The position numbers and the translations under genes were made by a program. From Candidatus Poribacteria bacterium (GTDB taxonomy: Bacteria; Poribacteria; WGA-4E; PCPOR2b), in contig OZ244587.1 in assembly GCA_965218095.1 (NCBI GenBank), forward strand, positions 1,664,001 to 1,728,000: DNA of 64,000 bases, given 5' to 3'. A model generated the notes under the pieces. It had not been told where the DNA came from. It saw only the letters and a list, made by a program, of their open reading frames with translations, and searched no databases. Below, one piece after another: positions 30,580 to 40,595 of this stretch. Every line of letters begins with the position of its first letter. Position 1 is the stretch's first letter.

Positions 30580-30977
30580 ATGGCGGCGGTTAGAACCTTT
30601 GGACGATACTCTACCTTGGGGGAGATGAAGGCGTATTACAATCGAGATGACGTACTGGCTTTCCTGTACGAAGAATGTCAGTTGCGAAATGTTTACGCGA
30701 TCTTTCAGTACAACAAATGGAAGATCGCAGGGTTTCCAAAGGTCAGCCCCAATCGATTGATGTGATAGTCACCAAAACCTCTGGAAAATTGAGGATTCTG
30801 TCTTGGATTAACGGTTTTCTCACCCTGCAAGACGAAGCCCCTGTGAGCGAGGACCAGCCCGCCGTTGACGCCATTCATCGTTGGGTCGAGACAGAATATG
30901 CCAACGGTAGAGAAGAGTCCATTTCCGAAGAAGAAATGGTGATACAGGGCATGACACGTCTGGGAAGTAACGAGTAA
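30580..30977 (+). pseudogene. Fragmented hypothetical gene
   Basis: GGAGG RBS and two short overlapping frames. Confidence 0.35.
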
Positions 30978-31168
30978 TAGCGTCATGAGTAAAGAATAGA
31001 CCGAATCTTCACTCATGATTTATTACGTTTTACGCATTACGAAAGAGCTTTCTCAGAAAGCCCATCCGAAATGGGGGACTGCCATCATTTGGCAGGCCTC
31101 TGAATCCAGTGATTTCAGGCTTTCCGAGTTTCTGAGAGAGCTCACGAAATCGAAAGGAGGATTGAAAA

Positions 31169-31650
31169 ATGAAGTGTAATGATGTCCGTGAAAAATTTGT
31201 CGCCTATATTGATGGCGAACTTTCATCAATGGGAAGGCATGCAATCAAGGCGCATCTCGGTAATTGTAAGGAGTGTGCTACCGAATGCGAAAAACTGAGA
31301 GAAGCAGTCGAATCGATCCATCAGGCAGCGCCTATCCAACCCGCAGAAGATTGGTGGGAGAAATTGCGGGAACGGATTCATGTGACCGAATCCGACGTTG
31401 TGTCTGAACTCCGTGAACTGCGTGAATCTGTTGTGCGTCTGGAAGATCGGGTGGATGGCAGCGAGTCAGGTCAGACAGGCGAAAGAGATTATAACACTGG
31501 AAGAGGTCGCCGCTTATGTTCAAATCGCGCCTGACACAATGTGGAAACTGCTCGACGAAATTCCTCACTTCTAGGTAGGTTATGAACTACGGTTCAAGAA
31601 ATCCAGCGTTGATGCGTATGAAGGAGAATGGGAGTCACGGCGATTCATTC
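31169..31650 (+). pseudogene. zf-HC2 anti-sigma-like domain followed by excisionase-type HTH, disrupted
   Basis: MKCNDVREKFVAYIDGEL...HLGNCKEC; second frame IITLEEVAAYVQI...IPHF*VGYELRFKKSSVD. Confidence 0.7.
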
Positions 31651-31837
31651 TAGTGAACTGGCTGGATTGACTGGGGCAGCTTGAACAGCAATACAAGATG
31701 CAAAATACAGGATACAAGATGGAAGTGAATCTTACATCCTGAATCCTTCTCACGCTGGGCGGAATCAATCTCTTCGACATCACTTTTCTTTTGTGCCTTT
31801 GCGCCCTGGTGGTTTTGAGAAAATCTGGATGGTTTTC

Positions 31838-33007
31838 TCATTTTTCGTTCAAATCAAGATCAAAAACCCCTGTATCCTCCGAGGCTTCTTCTTGAGTCTG
31901 ACTTTCGGCCTGTTTTGCTTGTTCAGCCGTGACAGCTTGTTCAGGGGAAGTCTCCAGTTTGGGAGACCGCCCGCCGAGGATGGTAAGCAGGACGATTAGC
32001 AGCACGGAGAGACTGGTGACCGTCAGCGCGATCGGGCGTTTTCGCAAGGGGACTCGTCCTCGCTTGTCTAAAAAGGGCAAGCACAGGAGCAGGAGGATAG
32101 CAAGGGTGGGAATCACAAAGGCGCCGATCACTTCAAGCGGTCCCTCGAAATATTTGAGCAATTGAAACAAAAACAGGAAATACCACTCTGGACGTGGGTC
32201 GTAGCTGGCATCGGTCGGATCGGCGAGCTTTTCGAGCGGCACAGGGACAAAGATCGCCATCGCCGCGAGGATGATCAATAGCACGAGGATCGCGACGGCG
32301 TCTTCAAAAAGCTGATCTGGATAAAAGGGTTTGCCCCCCTGCATTTCCTCTGGCTTATTTTGGGGCAATCCCGATGAGCCGTAATAGCGCACGAAAAACA
32401 GATGAACCCCAACGAGCCCAAAGGCAAGCCAGGGTAACCAAATGGTGTGGAGGGCGTAAAATCGAGTTAAGGTGACTGCACCAACCTCTTCCCCGCCACG
32501 GAGAATCTTGCCAACGAAATCCCCCACGAAAGGCACCGTACCCGCAATCTTCACACCGACTACAGTTGCCCAGTAAGCCTTTTGGTCCCAAGGTAGCAGA
32601 TAGCCTGTGAAACCAAATCCCAAAACCACCAGCAGCAGAATCACCCCAACTACCCATGTCATCTCTCTTGGGGCTTTGTAGGATCCGTAAATCACGACCC
32701 GCAGCAAGTGCAAAAACACGACAATCACCATCGCACTAGACCCCCAATGATGCAACCCACGCACAAAGCCGCCAAAGGGAACTTCCTTACTGATGTAGTT
32801 TACAGCATCATAAGCGTGGTCGGGTGAGGGCGAATAATAAAACGCCAGAAACGCCCCGGTAACGGCTTGAAGAATCAGCAAAAAAGCTGCTATGCTCCCC
32901 AAAGAAAACAGCCAGTTGATATGCTTCGGCAGCGGCTTTTTGAGATGGTTTTCCATGTCTTTCAACGGAAGTCGATCTCTCAGGAATGCGGCAATTTTGC
33001 GTTGCAT
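31838..33007 (-). CDS. qcrB: Cytochrome b subunit of a Rieske/cytb complex (b plus subunit IV fused)
   Basis: RGLHHWG...FLH, GYLLPWDQ, FYALH...GVH, PEWY. Confidence 0.92.
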   Translation of the reverse strand: MQRKIAAFLRDRLPLKDMENHLKKPLPKHINWLFSLGSIAAFLLILQAVTGAFLAFYYSPSPDHAYDAVNYISKEVPFGGFVRGLHHWGSSAMVIVVFLHLLRVVIYGSYKAPREMTWVVGVILLLVVLGFGFTGYLLPWDQKAYWATVVGVKIAGTVPFVGDFVGKILRGGEEVGAVTLTRFYALHTIWLPWLAFGLVGVHLFFVRYYGSSGLPQNKPEEMQGGKPFYPDQLFEDAVAILVLLIILAAMAIFVPVPLEKLADPTDASYDPRPEWYFLFLFQLLKYFEGPLEVIGAFVIPTLAILLLLCLPFLDKRGRVPLRKRPIALTVTSLSVLLIVLLTILGGRSPKLETSPEQAVTAEQAKQAESQTQEEASEDTGVFDLDLNEK

Positions 33008-33010
33008 CTG

Positions 33011-33496
33011 TTAAGCCTCCTTGACATACACAACTCCGTCTTCCACCTTGACCGGCAGTTTCTCCAGCGGACGCGGCGGTGGTCCAGCAACGACATTCCC
33101 CGCTTTGTCAAACACGCCCCCGTGACAGGGACAGAGGAACTGACCTTTCTTTTCGTCCCAGCGGACAAGGCATCCGAGATGGGTACAGACACGCGAGAAG
33201 ACCACAAAGTTTCCATCCCCTCCATCCGTTACATAGACGGAGCGTTTTTTATTTATCTCAACCCAGCCATCTTTGGATTGAAAAGTGTAGTTGATTTTTT
33301 TATAGTGGCTATCTTTGAGCAAATCGACGATACCGAGGTCTACCCATTTTTTCGAGACTTTTTTGAGGGCTGGCGAAATCGCAAACCCGACCAGCGGCAC
33401 GCCCATCGCTAGGCTGATGAGACCACCGATGAAAGCGATGCCGGCTTTGAAGAAGGCGCGCCGTTTGGATTGTCCAACATGTGTTTCAGAAGCCAT
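33011..33496 (-). CDS. qcrA: Rieske 2Fe-2S subunit
   Basis: RRAFF Tat-like anchor, [20 protein letters not shown]. Confidence 0.92.
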   Translation of the reverse strand: MASETHVGQSKRRAFFKAGIAFIGGLISLAMGVPLVGFAISPALKKVSKKWVDLGIVDLLKDSHYKKINYTFQSKDGWVEINKKRSVYVTDGGDGNFVVFSRVCTHLGCLVRWDEKKGQFLCPCHGGVFDKAGNVVAGPPPRPLEKLPVKVEDGVVYVKEA

Positions 33497-33542
33497 TTTT
33501 ACTTCCTCCGAATGAGCAGGTGGGAAAGTGAGAAAGTGGGCT

Positions 33543-33950
33543 TTAGTCTCGCTTGGTTCGGCTGAGTAGCCACTTCTCTGGTTGATTCCCCATTGAAACC
33601 AGTTTGCCGATAATCTGATCGTACTTTCTGAATAGACGGCTGTAGCCTTCCCGGCTGATGTAGCCACATTTTTCACTATATTCGAGCCAAACCTGGGTTT
33701 CAGCCGCTTCGCCTTCCGCCTCGTTCATCTTATTGACGAAAGCGGCTTCATATTTCCGACGTCTCCAGCCCTCAGCAATCTGACCCGAGACAGACCGTGA
33801 TGAACGACGAATCTGATCGGTTAGGCTGTATCTCTCCTCTACGGGAAACGATTTCGAGAGTTCATAGATCTCCATCGCAGCTTCGACGGAAAGTTTATAG
33901 ACATCAAGTTGCCAATGATATTGAATCCTCTCGCTCATTCGCTCCTCCAA
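33543..33950 (-). CDS. Four-helix-bundle protein (23S rRNA IVP/TIGR02436 family)
   Basis: [31 protein letters not shown]. Confidence 0.9.
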   Translation of the reverse strand: MEERMSERIQYHWQLDVYKLSVEAAMEIYELSKSFPVEERYSLTDQIRRSSRSVSGQIAEGWRRRKYEAAFVNKMNEAEGEAAETQVWLEYSEKCGYISREGYSRLFRKYDQIIGKLVSMGNQPEKWLLSRTKRD

Positions 33951-33981
33951 TTCTCACTGTCTCACTTTCCCACTTTCTCCG

Positions 33982-34971
33982 TTATTGCCCTTCCTTCAGA
34001 TCTTCGTCTAGGTCGACTTCCTCTACACTAAAGCGGAGATGCACTTTGTTGACTAAATCGATGATGTCCTGCCACTGCTTTTGGGTCTTATCAGAAATCC
34101 CCTCTTTTTCGAGGGATTCTGCAAGCTCATGGAGCGCATCATGGACCTGTTTCTGCAGATAGGCGTATTCTTCCTCGTTATTCGGATTCTTTGGTGGCAC
34201 AAACACGGGGATTAACTCGGCGTACTCCCCAAGCTGTTTCGCCGCCTTAACCACGTCGGCTTTACTTTCTCCTGTTTTGAAGTATTCCCGAATGACGATG
34301 TAAGACTCGTGCATGGTGTGCATCAACGCTTTGAGGTCTTCAAACTCATCGGCGTCATCCCCGTGTCCATGACTGTGGTCGTGTGCATCTGTTTCCGCCT
34401 TTGGCTGCTCCTTCTTTTTGAGAAAGAGTGTGTAACTCATCGCGAGCATCTTTTTCGGCATGAGCGCAACCGCTTGAGAGGCTTCCTCTTGACCGGCGAC
34501 CGGTTCGACATTTTCCCCGACTTTGAATTTATCTTCAATCCTCTTGCCGATAAACTGCTTGAGGAATTTGTCGTCGCCAATGTCGGAGGCTTCTTTATGT
34601 TTATAGACCTCGACTTTGACGACCTTTCCATTCATGTCGAGTCCAACGCCGCCATCAATGACGCCATGTGGTCCTTTGACATCCACAAACAAGATAAGAC
34701 CTAGCGGTTTCTTATTGTCGTTCACTGCGACGTAAAAGGTTGGCTTGAGGTCTTCAGAACGCAGCTTGGTTCCGATCTCTCTTTCGATCGATGCGACTTG
34801 ATCTGCTGTTAAGACAGCTTTTTTTTCAACAAATTCCTTTGCCTTCGGAAAAATGGAAGCTAATTTTTTGCCGGGCCAGGTTTTCTCTTGCGCCCATGTG
34901 ACGGTTACTGGTAAGACAGTTAGTATGCTTAAAAGAGCGATTAGGCAAAGTGCAACTGCTTTGGATTTCAT
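33982..34971 (-). CDS. Exported FMN-binding-domain-like protein with His-rich linker and helical C-terminus
   Basis: Signal peptide; VKGPHGVI, GKVVKVEV, FLKQFIGK; HDHSHGH. Confidence 0.75.
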   Translation of the reverse strand: MKSKAVALCLIALLSILTVLPVTVTWAQEKTWPGKKLASIFPKAKEFVEKKAVLTADQVASIEREIGTKLRSEDLKPTFYVAVNDNKKPLGLILFVDVKGPHGVIDGGVGLDMNGKVVKVEVYKHKEASDIGDDKFLKQFIGKRIEDKFKVGENVEPVAGQEEASQAVALMPKKMLAMSYTLFLKKKEQPKAETDAHDHSHGHGDDADEFEDLKALMHTMHESYIVIREYFKTGESKADVVKAAKQLGEYAELIPVFVPPKNPNNEEEYAYLQKQVHDALHELAESLEKEGISDKTQKQWQDIIDLVNKVHLRFSVEEVDLDEDLKEGQ

Positions 34972-35023
34972 CGGTTTTTCCTTCCTTAAATGATTGAAAA
35001 TTGATTTGCTCCCAACTATTCTA

Positions 35024-35956
35024 ACCCAAGTTGCGACCTATTCATCGAATATGTGAGTGAACTGAATATGTGAGTGAACTCAGAGCTGATTGATACTGCT
35101 AGCCAATACAAACAAGACCACTTTCAATTCAAATCCGTGTTGCGTTACTGCATGGATTGAACGTGGAAGCAGTTTGTTAATCAAACTGCCAGCCGTCTCA
35201 ACAGACTTACGATGGTAATTAGCCAAGTAGGTCTCCCATGGTGGATACAGCCGCTTGGAATTCTTCTTGCGTACTGGCTTTAACGACTGATGTAACAATA
35301 TCTTCTATCTCATAATTATTGTATGCTTTGTCACCATAGCCCGGTGGCAAGTCGAAGTCAAACCACTGTAACCCTTCAACGTCCCCTGTACTGGCTGGGG
35401 TCACAAAAAATTCAACAGGGTGTCGACTCGCAGTCACTAGCAGATGAACTTTCAAGCCATAGAAATACCGACGTTTGGACGCTTGATAGCCTCGATATGC
35501 CTTATCGGTATAGATTTTTGACCGACGAATGCGGAACAAACAGCAATTGGTATGGTATCCAGTGCATAGATTTTCTGTTGATTAAGTTGCACATAGCTTC
35601 GTCCCAAGATTTTGAACAATGTGGTGAACATCGGTTTAATTCGATGAAGTCGTCGGTTTAATCGACTTTTTGAAAGCATCTTGGGTATATAGCCATGAGT
35701 CTTTAGAAAGTCACAAGTGGTTTGCAAGTTTGCCCCGAAGAACAACGCAGCGACGATGCCGGTGGTCATCACTTCGGCATCAGACATCTGCGTTTGTGGG
35801 TGTGGTTTTGAGTTGAGTGCTTCTAAGAGCTTGTCACAGAGATAGAAAATGGTTACAATTTGGATGTCCATGGGTTTCTCCTTTGAGGTATTATGGTTTG
35901 GATTACCTCTACTTTAACGGAAAACCCATGGATTTTCAATTACTAGCAACTTGGGT
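35024..35956 (-). mobile_element. IS982-family element, transposase frameshifted
   Basis: TIR ACCCAAGTTGC / GCAACTTGGGT; 7-bp duplication TATTCTA; fragments MSDAEVMT, SKSRLNRR, YFYGLKVH, GDKAY, SVET in three frames. Confidence 0.9.
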
Positions 35957-36016
35957 TATTCTAGCAATTTCACCTTTATTTTTCAACCACATTCCCTAAA
36001 CCTCATCATGAGCACT

Positions 36017-37342
36017 TTATCCCAGATCGCGGCGAAGTTCCGCTTCCGATGCCAAGTCCGCGACCGTCCCCGGCGGATGCTTATACCAGCCGGGGTCGTC
36101 ATAACTGGTGAGATTTTCGCGGATTTTGACGATGGTAAACATCCCGCCCATCGTAATGTAGTCAAACGGACCGTATGCCCCGACCATGGGAATGCTGTTT
36201 TTCGGCACAGCCATGTGCCCCGATTCGACGTGAATCCCATGTTCACCCATGCCGTGCTCGCCCATCGTCATATACGCAGGCAGAAGTTGGCGGATTTTCT
36301 GGTCAATGTTGCCCTTTTTGATGCCGACCACGTTTAAAAATTCGTGCCCCATCTGGTTCATGACATGATGCGTCATGTGGCAGTGCATCGCCCAATCCCC
36401 CGGATCGCTGGCAACGAACTCAACATCGCGGGTTGTCCCCACCGGAACGAGAACTGTTGTTTCTGGCCATTGTCCTGAAGTCGGGATTCGCCCACCTTCT
36501 GTAGCGGTGATTTTGAAGTAGTGCCCGTGCAGGTGAATCGGGTGATGGTCCATCGCCGAAAGATTGCCGAAGCGAATCCGCACCCGGTCGCCCAGTTTGG
36601 CGACCAGCGGCTCGGTTCCGGGGTAACACTTCGCGTTCATGGTTAGGATATTGAAATCGTTCATCTCGTTAGGGTTTGGCGTGGACGTCCCCGGATCGAT
36701 CCGCCACTCGCTTAACATGATGGCAAAGTCCCGATCTACTTGGTAATGGGGGTCAGGTTTTCTGGGGTGGAAAACCATCATGCCGAGCATCCCCATCGCC
36801 ATCTGGGTCATCTCGTCGTGGTGGGAATGGTACATATACGTGCCTGATTGTCGAATTGTCCACTCGTATTTGAAGGTCTCCCCCGGCTGGATAGCTCGCT
36901 GGGTCAACCCACCCACACCGTCCATCCCATTCGGTAGAAAGACGCCGTGCCAGTGAACAGCGGTTGGTGCCTTGAGCCGGTTGGTCACATAGATGCGGAC
37001 GCGATCGCCTTCCACGGCTTCAATGGTCGGTCCGTGCACCTGCTCGTTGTAACCCCAGCACTTCGCTTTCAGACCAGGGGCAAATTCATGCCAGACTTCT
37101 TCAGCGATAAGGTGAAAGACTTTTACCCCATCAACAATCTTCCACGGTAGCGGTGCACCGTTCGGTGTGACGACCGGCGTGTAGTCTTTATCAGGGATAC
37201 CCGGGTCCATCGCCGGACGATTTGAATTGCCTGCGTAGGATTTCTGCCATTGGGATTGGGCGGCTTCTACACCTCCCGAAGCCCCGAAAGCGAAAGCCCC
37301 GCCAACGAGAGCACTCGTTTTCAAAAGATCCCTTCGGTTCAT
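36017..37342 (-). CDS. Tat-exported two-domain multicopper oxidase
   Basis: NRRDLLK; HWHG, YHSH, HPIHLHGH, HCHMTHH; Met/His-rich tail. Confidence 0.93.
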   Translation of the reverse strand: MNRRDLLKTSALVGGAFAFGASGGVEAAQSQWQKSYAGNSNRPAMDPGIPDKDYTPVVTPNGAPLPWKIVDGVKVFHLIAEEVWHEFAPGLKAKCWGYNEQVHGPTIEAVEGDRVRIYVTNRLKAPTAVHWHGVFLPNGMDGVGGLTQRAIQPGETFKYEWTIRQSGTYMYHSHHDEMTQMAMGMLGMMVFHPRKPDPHYQVDRDFAIMLSEWRIDPGTSTPNPNEMNDFNILTMNAKCYPGTEPLVAKLGDRVRIRFGNLSAMDHHPIHLHGHYFKITATEGGRIPTSGQWPETTVLVPVGTTRDVEFVASDPGDWAMHCHMTHHVMNQMGHEFLNVVGIKKGNIDQKIRQLLPAYMTMGEHGMGEHGIHVESGHMAVPKNSIPMVGAYGPFDYITMGGMFTIVKIRENLTSYDDPGWYKHPPGTVADLASEAELRRDLG

Positions 37343-37343
37343 C

Positions 37344-38801
37344 TCAATGTCCTCCTTCCTGGTTTGTCAATGACAGTTCAGCCATGCGGTGAAGCCGGTA
37401 GGGTCGAAAAGTGAATCCCACTAGCCGACCGTTGAGAATCTGTTCCAGTTCCGCTCGTGCGACATGATAATTGTAGAGCGACTGGATATATTCCCGACCG
37501 GCGTCAATCTCGCGCTGTTTTGCGAGTAACAGGCGTAACGCACCGACCTGCATTGCATTGTACTGTAGTTGGACCTGTTCGAGAATCTTCTCTTGGAGTG
37601 GAAGTATTTCATTCTGATAAGACAGTGCGGTCTGTCGAGCGGTCAATAGGCGACGTCGCGCGGCGCGAACCGCGGAGCGGATCTCAACCGCCAGTGCGTG
37701 GTATTCACCCTGCTGTCGGCGTAACTCTGCCGCTGCCGCCGCTCGCTGCCCCTGATTTCGATCGAAAAGTGGAATCTCAAACCCCAGTGCGGGTCCCGCT
37801 GCCCACGCTCCTGCTTCCTGCTCAATCTCCCCACCGATTTCCAAATTCGGCACGAGAGACATCGCTTTTGCCACGCCGAGTTGTTTCCCGATGGAAACGA
37901 TGCCCCGCCGTGCAATGGCAAGGTTGATGCTGTTTTCAATCGCCCGCTTTTCGAGGTTGTCGAGTCCTATTGCTTCAGCAGGAATGTCGCGGAGTCGAGA
38001 TTCGACTCTCCACGCCGTATCCTCTCCCCACAACCCCATCAAAGCGTTGAGTTGCTCACGGTTTTCAGCAAGCGTGACCTCCGCAGCAGCGAGTTCTAAC
38101 TTCGATCGCTCATAGGACGTTTTTTGAAGCAGTAGGTCTAGCTCCGGGACATTCCCCGCTTCGACAAGCTGTTGGGCGAACTCGTAACCCGCCTGCGTTG
38201 CCAAGACGATCTGCTGGAACATTTCCAACATCTGCTCATCAGCTTGAACGCGGTAGAATGCCATTCGCGTTTCCCCTGCCAAATCCACCACGGCAGCCGT
38301 CATGCGCAGTTTCGCTGCCTCGAACTGGGATTTCGCTACCGATTTGCGCATCGGCGCGTACAGCATGGAGAGGAAATCCATTTCGACTTCAAAGGTGTAC
38401 GTGCTGTTGTCACGGAGTTTGTCCACCATCTCCTCGTCGGAATCAGAGGGGCCGAAGGTCGTTGCGCCGTGAAAAACCGGATTCGAGAACAAGCCAGCGT
38501 CAACAATGGCAGCGTGGGCAATCCCCAATTCCTCATAGGTCGCTTGCAGACGATGGTTATTCAACAGCGCAATTTGAACGGCAGCATCGACGGTCAGCGG
38601 CTTATCCAACAATTCTCTAATTGCCTGAGCCGCTTCATCATCCGCAGCCGTGTCCGCATTCCAGTGAATACGGTAGCCAATACGGTCATCCACCTGCCGC
38701 TGGACTTCGCTGAAACCCGTTTTTTTCGACACACCGGCGCAACCGATCAGGACGAATGACGCCGCGAAGAACAACACGGCGCATCTCATTTTTTCGTTCA
38801 T
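37344..38801 (-). CDS. TolC/OEP-family outer-membrane lipoprotein (metal efflux type)
   Basis: Lipobox LIGC; AVQIALLNN, EIPLFDRNQG. Confidence 0.9.
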   Translation of the reverse strand: MNEKMRCAVLFFAASFVLIGCAGVSKKTGFSEVQRQVDDRIGYRIHWNADTAADDEAAQAIRELLDKPLTVDAAVQIALLNNHRLQATYEELGIAHAAIVDAGLFSNPVFHGATTFGPSDSDEEMVDKLRDNSTYTFEVEMDFLSMLYAPMRKSVAKSQFEAAKLRMTAAVVDLAGETRMAFYRVQADEQMLEMFQQIVLATQAGYEFAQQLVEAGNVPELDLLLQKTSYERSKLELAAAEVTLAENREQLNALMGLWGEDTAWRVESRLRDIPAEAIGLDNLEKRAIENSINLAIARRGIVSIGKQLGVAKAMSLVPNLEIGGEIEQEAGAWAAGPALGFEIPLFDRNQGQRAAAAAELRRQQGEYHALAVEIRSAVRAARRRLLTARQTALSYQNEILPLQEKILEQVQLQYNAMQVGALRLLLAKQREIDAGREYIQSLYNYHVARAELEQILNGRLVGFTFRPYRLHRMAELSLTNQEGGH

Positions 38802-38822
38802 CTAGTAAACTCCTCGTCTGTT

Positions 38823-39707
38823 TTAATAGTTATGTTCGTGTGCATCGTGTCCATGAGGGTCTTCCGATTCATCCTCGTGATGCTCCATCTCCTCGTGCTC
38901 CTGTGTTTTGTGCATGTCATGATGGTGATGCTCGTGTCCACCTTTTTCCTGCTTATGCTCGTGAGACTTCATGTCCTCGTGTCCAGACATATCGGTGCTT
39001 GAGACGGGCATCTGCATTTTCGCGCTGTGGCACTTGAGCATCGCGCTTCCGAAATACGGGTTGCGGACGTCCTCGCCGACTTGCAGCCAGATACCCCCTT
39101 GCGGGACATCGGACGCCATACCGCACACGTAGCTGTAGACCGGACTCTCGTAACTTGCTGGCACACTGACAGCGGCAACGAAGTGATTGAGGACATCGCT
39201 CAACGAACCGTAGGCGACACGCGCAGCTTTGATGTCCGAGAGATCGCCGACTTCATGTCCATGGTCATGGATGGCCTCGGTATGGGCTTCGTAAGAATGC
39301 CACAACTCGGCGGGCACTTCGTGTTCAAGCGTATGGAGGGCTTCGAGCATCGCGTGCGCCTGCGCGTTGACATCTTCCATCGTGTCGGAAGCGAGTTGGT
39401 CGCCGATGACGAAATAGGCGTCTAGCATCATCGCCAGCGCTTCTTCGCCTTCCTCCGACAACGACGCAGCCCTGTGATGCGCTGCGACGCCTTCTTCAGT
39501 CATCGCCATCTCTTCCTTTAGCGTGTCTGGTGGAATTCCAAAGACAGTCTGCGGCGCACCAGGATGCGCCGGATGGTCCTGTGGAGTAGCAACTTCGACT
39601 GTTTTGCCGCCGCATCCAACGACAAGCGACGATACAATGATGAGTCCAAGGATAAGTGTAGATACGGTTCGTTTATGGAAGTTGAAAACCCTGGATAACA
39701 TGAGCAT
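38823..39707 (-). CDS. DUF3347-like His-rich metal-binding lipoprotein
   Basis: Lipobox VVGC; YVCGMA...WLQ...VRNPYFGSAMLKC; His-rich C-terminus. Confidence 0.85.
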   Translation of the reverse strand: MLMLSRVFNFHKRTVSTLILGLIIVSSLVVGCGGKTVEVATPQDHPAHPGAPQTVFGIPPDTLKEEMAMTEEGVAAHHRAASLSEEGEEALAMMLDAYFVIGDQLASDTMEDVNAQAHAMLEALHTLEHEVPAELWHSYEAHTEAIHDHGHEVGDLSDIKAARVAYGSLSDVLNHFVAAVSVPASYESPVYSYVCGMASDVPQGGIWLQVGEDVRNPYFGSAMLKCHSAKMQMPVSSTDMSGHEDMKSHEHKQEKGGHEHHHHDMHKTQEHEEMEHHEDESEDPHGHDAHEHNY

Positions 39708-39832
39708 AGCCTCCGTTTTGGGTAAAAAATGATCAAAGATAGGTTTTGGGCGTTTCAACATAGACGCGCAGAAACGCCGATCGATCAATAGATTTTGAGT
39801 CTTTCAGATTTGGGAAAGCGTGGAGGAGAAAA

Positions 39833-40300
39833 TCAGGTGAAAGGAAACGGAGGGGCGCGGGGGGAAATCTGCTGAGTAGGAGAATCTTTGTAGGGTTTGT
39901 AGGCGAATTGAAGATAGGAAGTGAAAGAAACGGAGTCGGAAGAAATCTTAGGAATTGCAGGGATTAGCGCAACAAATGAGAACTTGCCTTTTTGTATTTG
40001 TGAGACGAGCTGAGGTTCGCTGGCTCCGAGCAATTCCCACCGGTTTAAGCAACAATTGTCGTCTCCATCGTTTTGGCTTTCGTGGGGGCGGGCTGGTTGA
40101 TTTTCAGCATGACAGCAAGTTGGATTGTCTGTTTCAGCGGTGGTTTGTGACAAGGTCAGAGACTGCCGATAGATCGAGGCTTTATCGGATTCGGCGTCTC
40201 CACAGTCTGCTTCTCGGAGTGCTGGACATAGCACCGGGCAAAGAAAATAAACTGAAGATATCGAGAGTAAAACCAGCGCGTAAACGTCCTTGAATTTCAT
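39833..40300 (-). CDS. DUF2946/CutF-like leader protein with C-terminal PRAPP
   Basis: Hydrophobic N-terminus, CPVLC, CCH, CC, ends ISPRAPPFPFT; GGAGG RBS. Confidence 0.8.
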   Translation of the reverse strand: MKFKDVYALVLLSISSVYFLCPVLCPALREADCGDAESDKASIYRQSLTLSQTTAETDNPTCCHAENQPARPHESQNDGDDNCCLNRWELLGASEPQLVSQIQKGKFSFVALIPAIPKISSDSVSFTSYLQFAYKPYKDSPTQQISPRAPPFPFT

Positions 40301-40386
40301 CAAATTACCGCCTCCCATGCAATAATACTTCTACGCAATAATAATAATTATACCCGGCTTTGCGTATGGAAGTCAAATTTTTCGCC

Positions 40387-40555
40387 AGGGGCATTTAATT
40401 CTCGGCTTTGACCTCTCCCCCGGCCCCTCCCCCCGATTTCTCGGGCAGAGGGGAGCAAAGGCCTCCCGAAAACACCGTCTGGCGCGAGATTTGTCTTCCC
40501 TTCTTTGCAGCGGAGAGGGGGTGAGGAGATGAGGTTCGGAGAATTAAACGACCCT
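40387..40555. mobile_element. Small MITE-like element with CCTCTCCC/GGAGAGG palindromes
   Basis: Ends AGGGGCATTTAATTCTC / GAGAATTAAACGACCCT (15 of 17 match). Confidence 0.6.
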
Positions 40556-40595
40556 AAATTTTCGCTCAGAAAAAACTTCCAAACTCTTGCAGAGA

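Noticed and set aside
33497-33676. Longer Rieske N-terminus given by the ORF track
   Set aside because: Overlaps the upstream gene; GGAGG precedes ATG 33496
33543-33950. Avd-like protein hinting at a diversity-generating retroelement
   Set aside because: No reverse transcriptase and no template/variable repeat pair differing at adenines; this family is common alone
40318-40350. GCAATAATA direct repeats as a Fur/Zur-like box
   Set aside because: AT-rich with no clear dyad; too weak without a motif model
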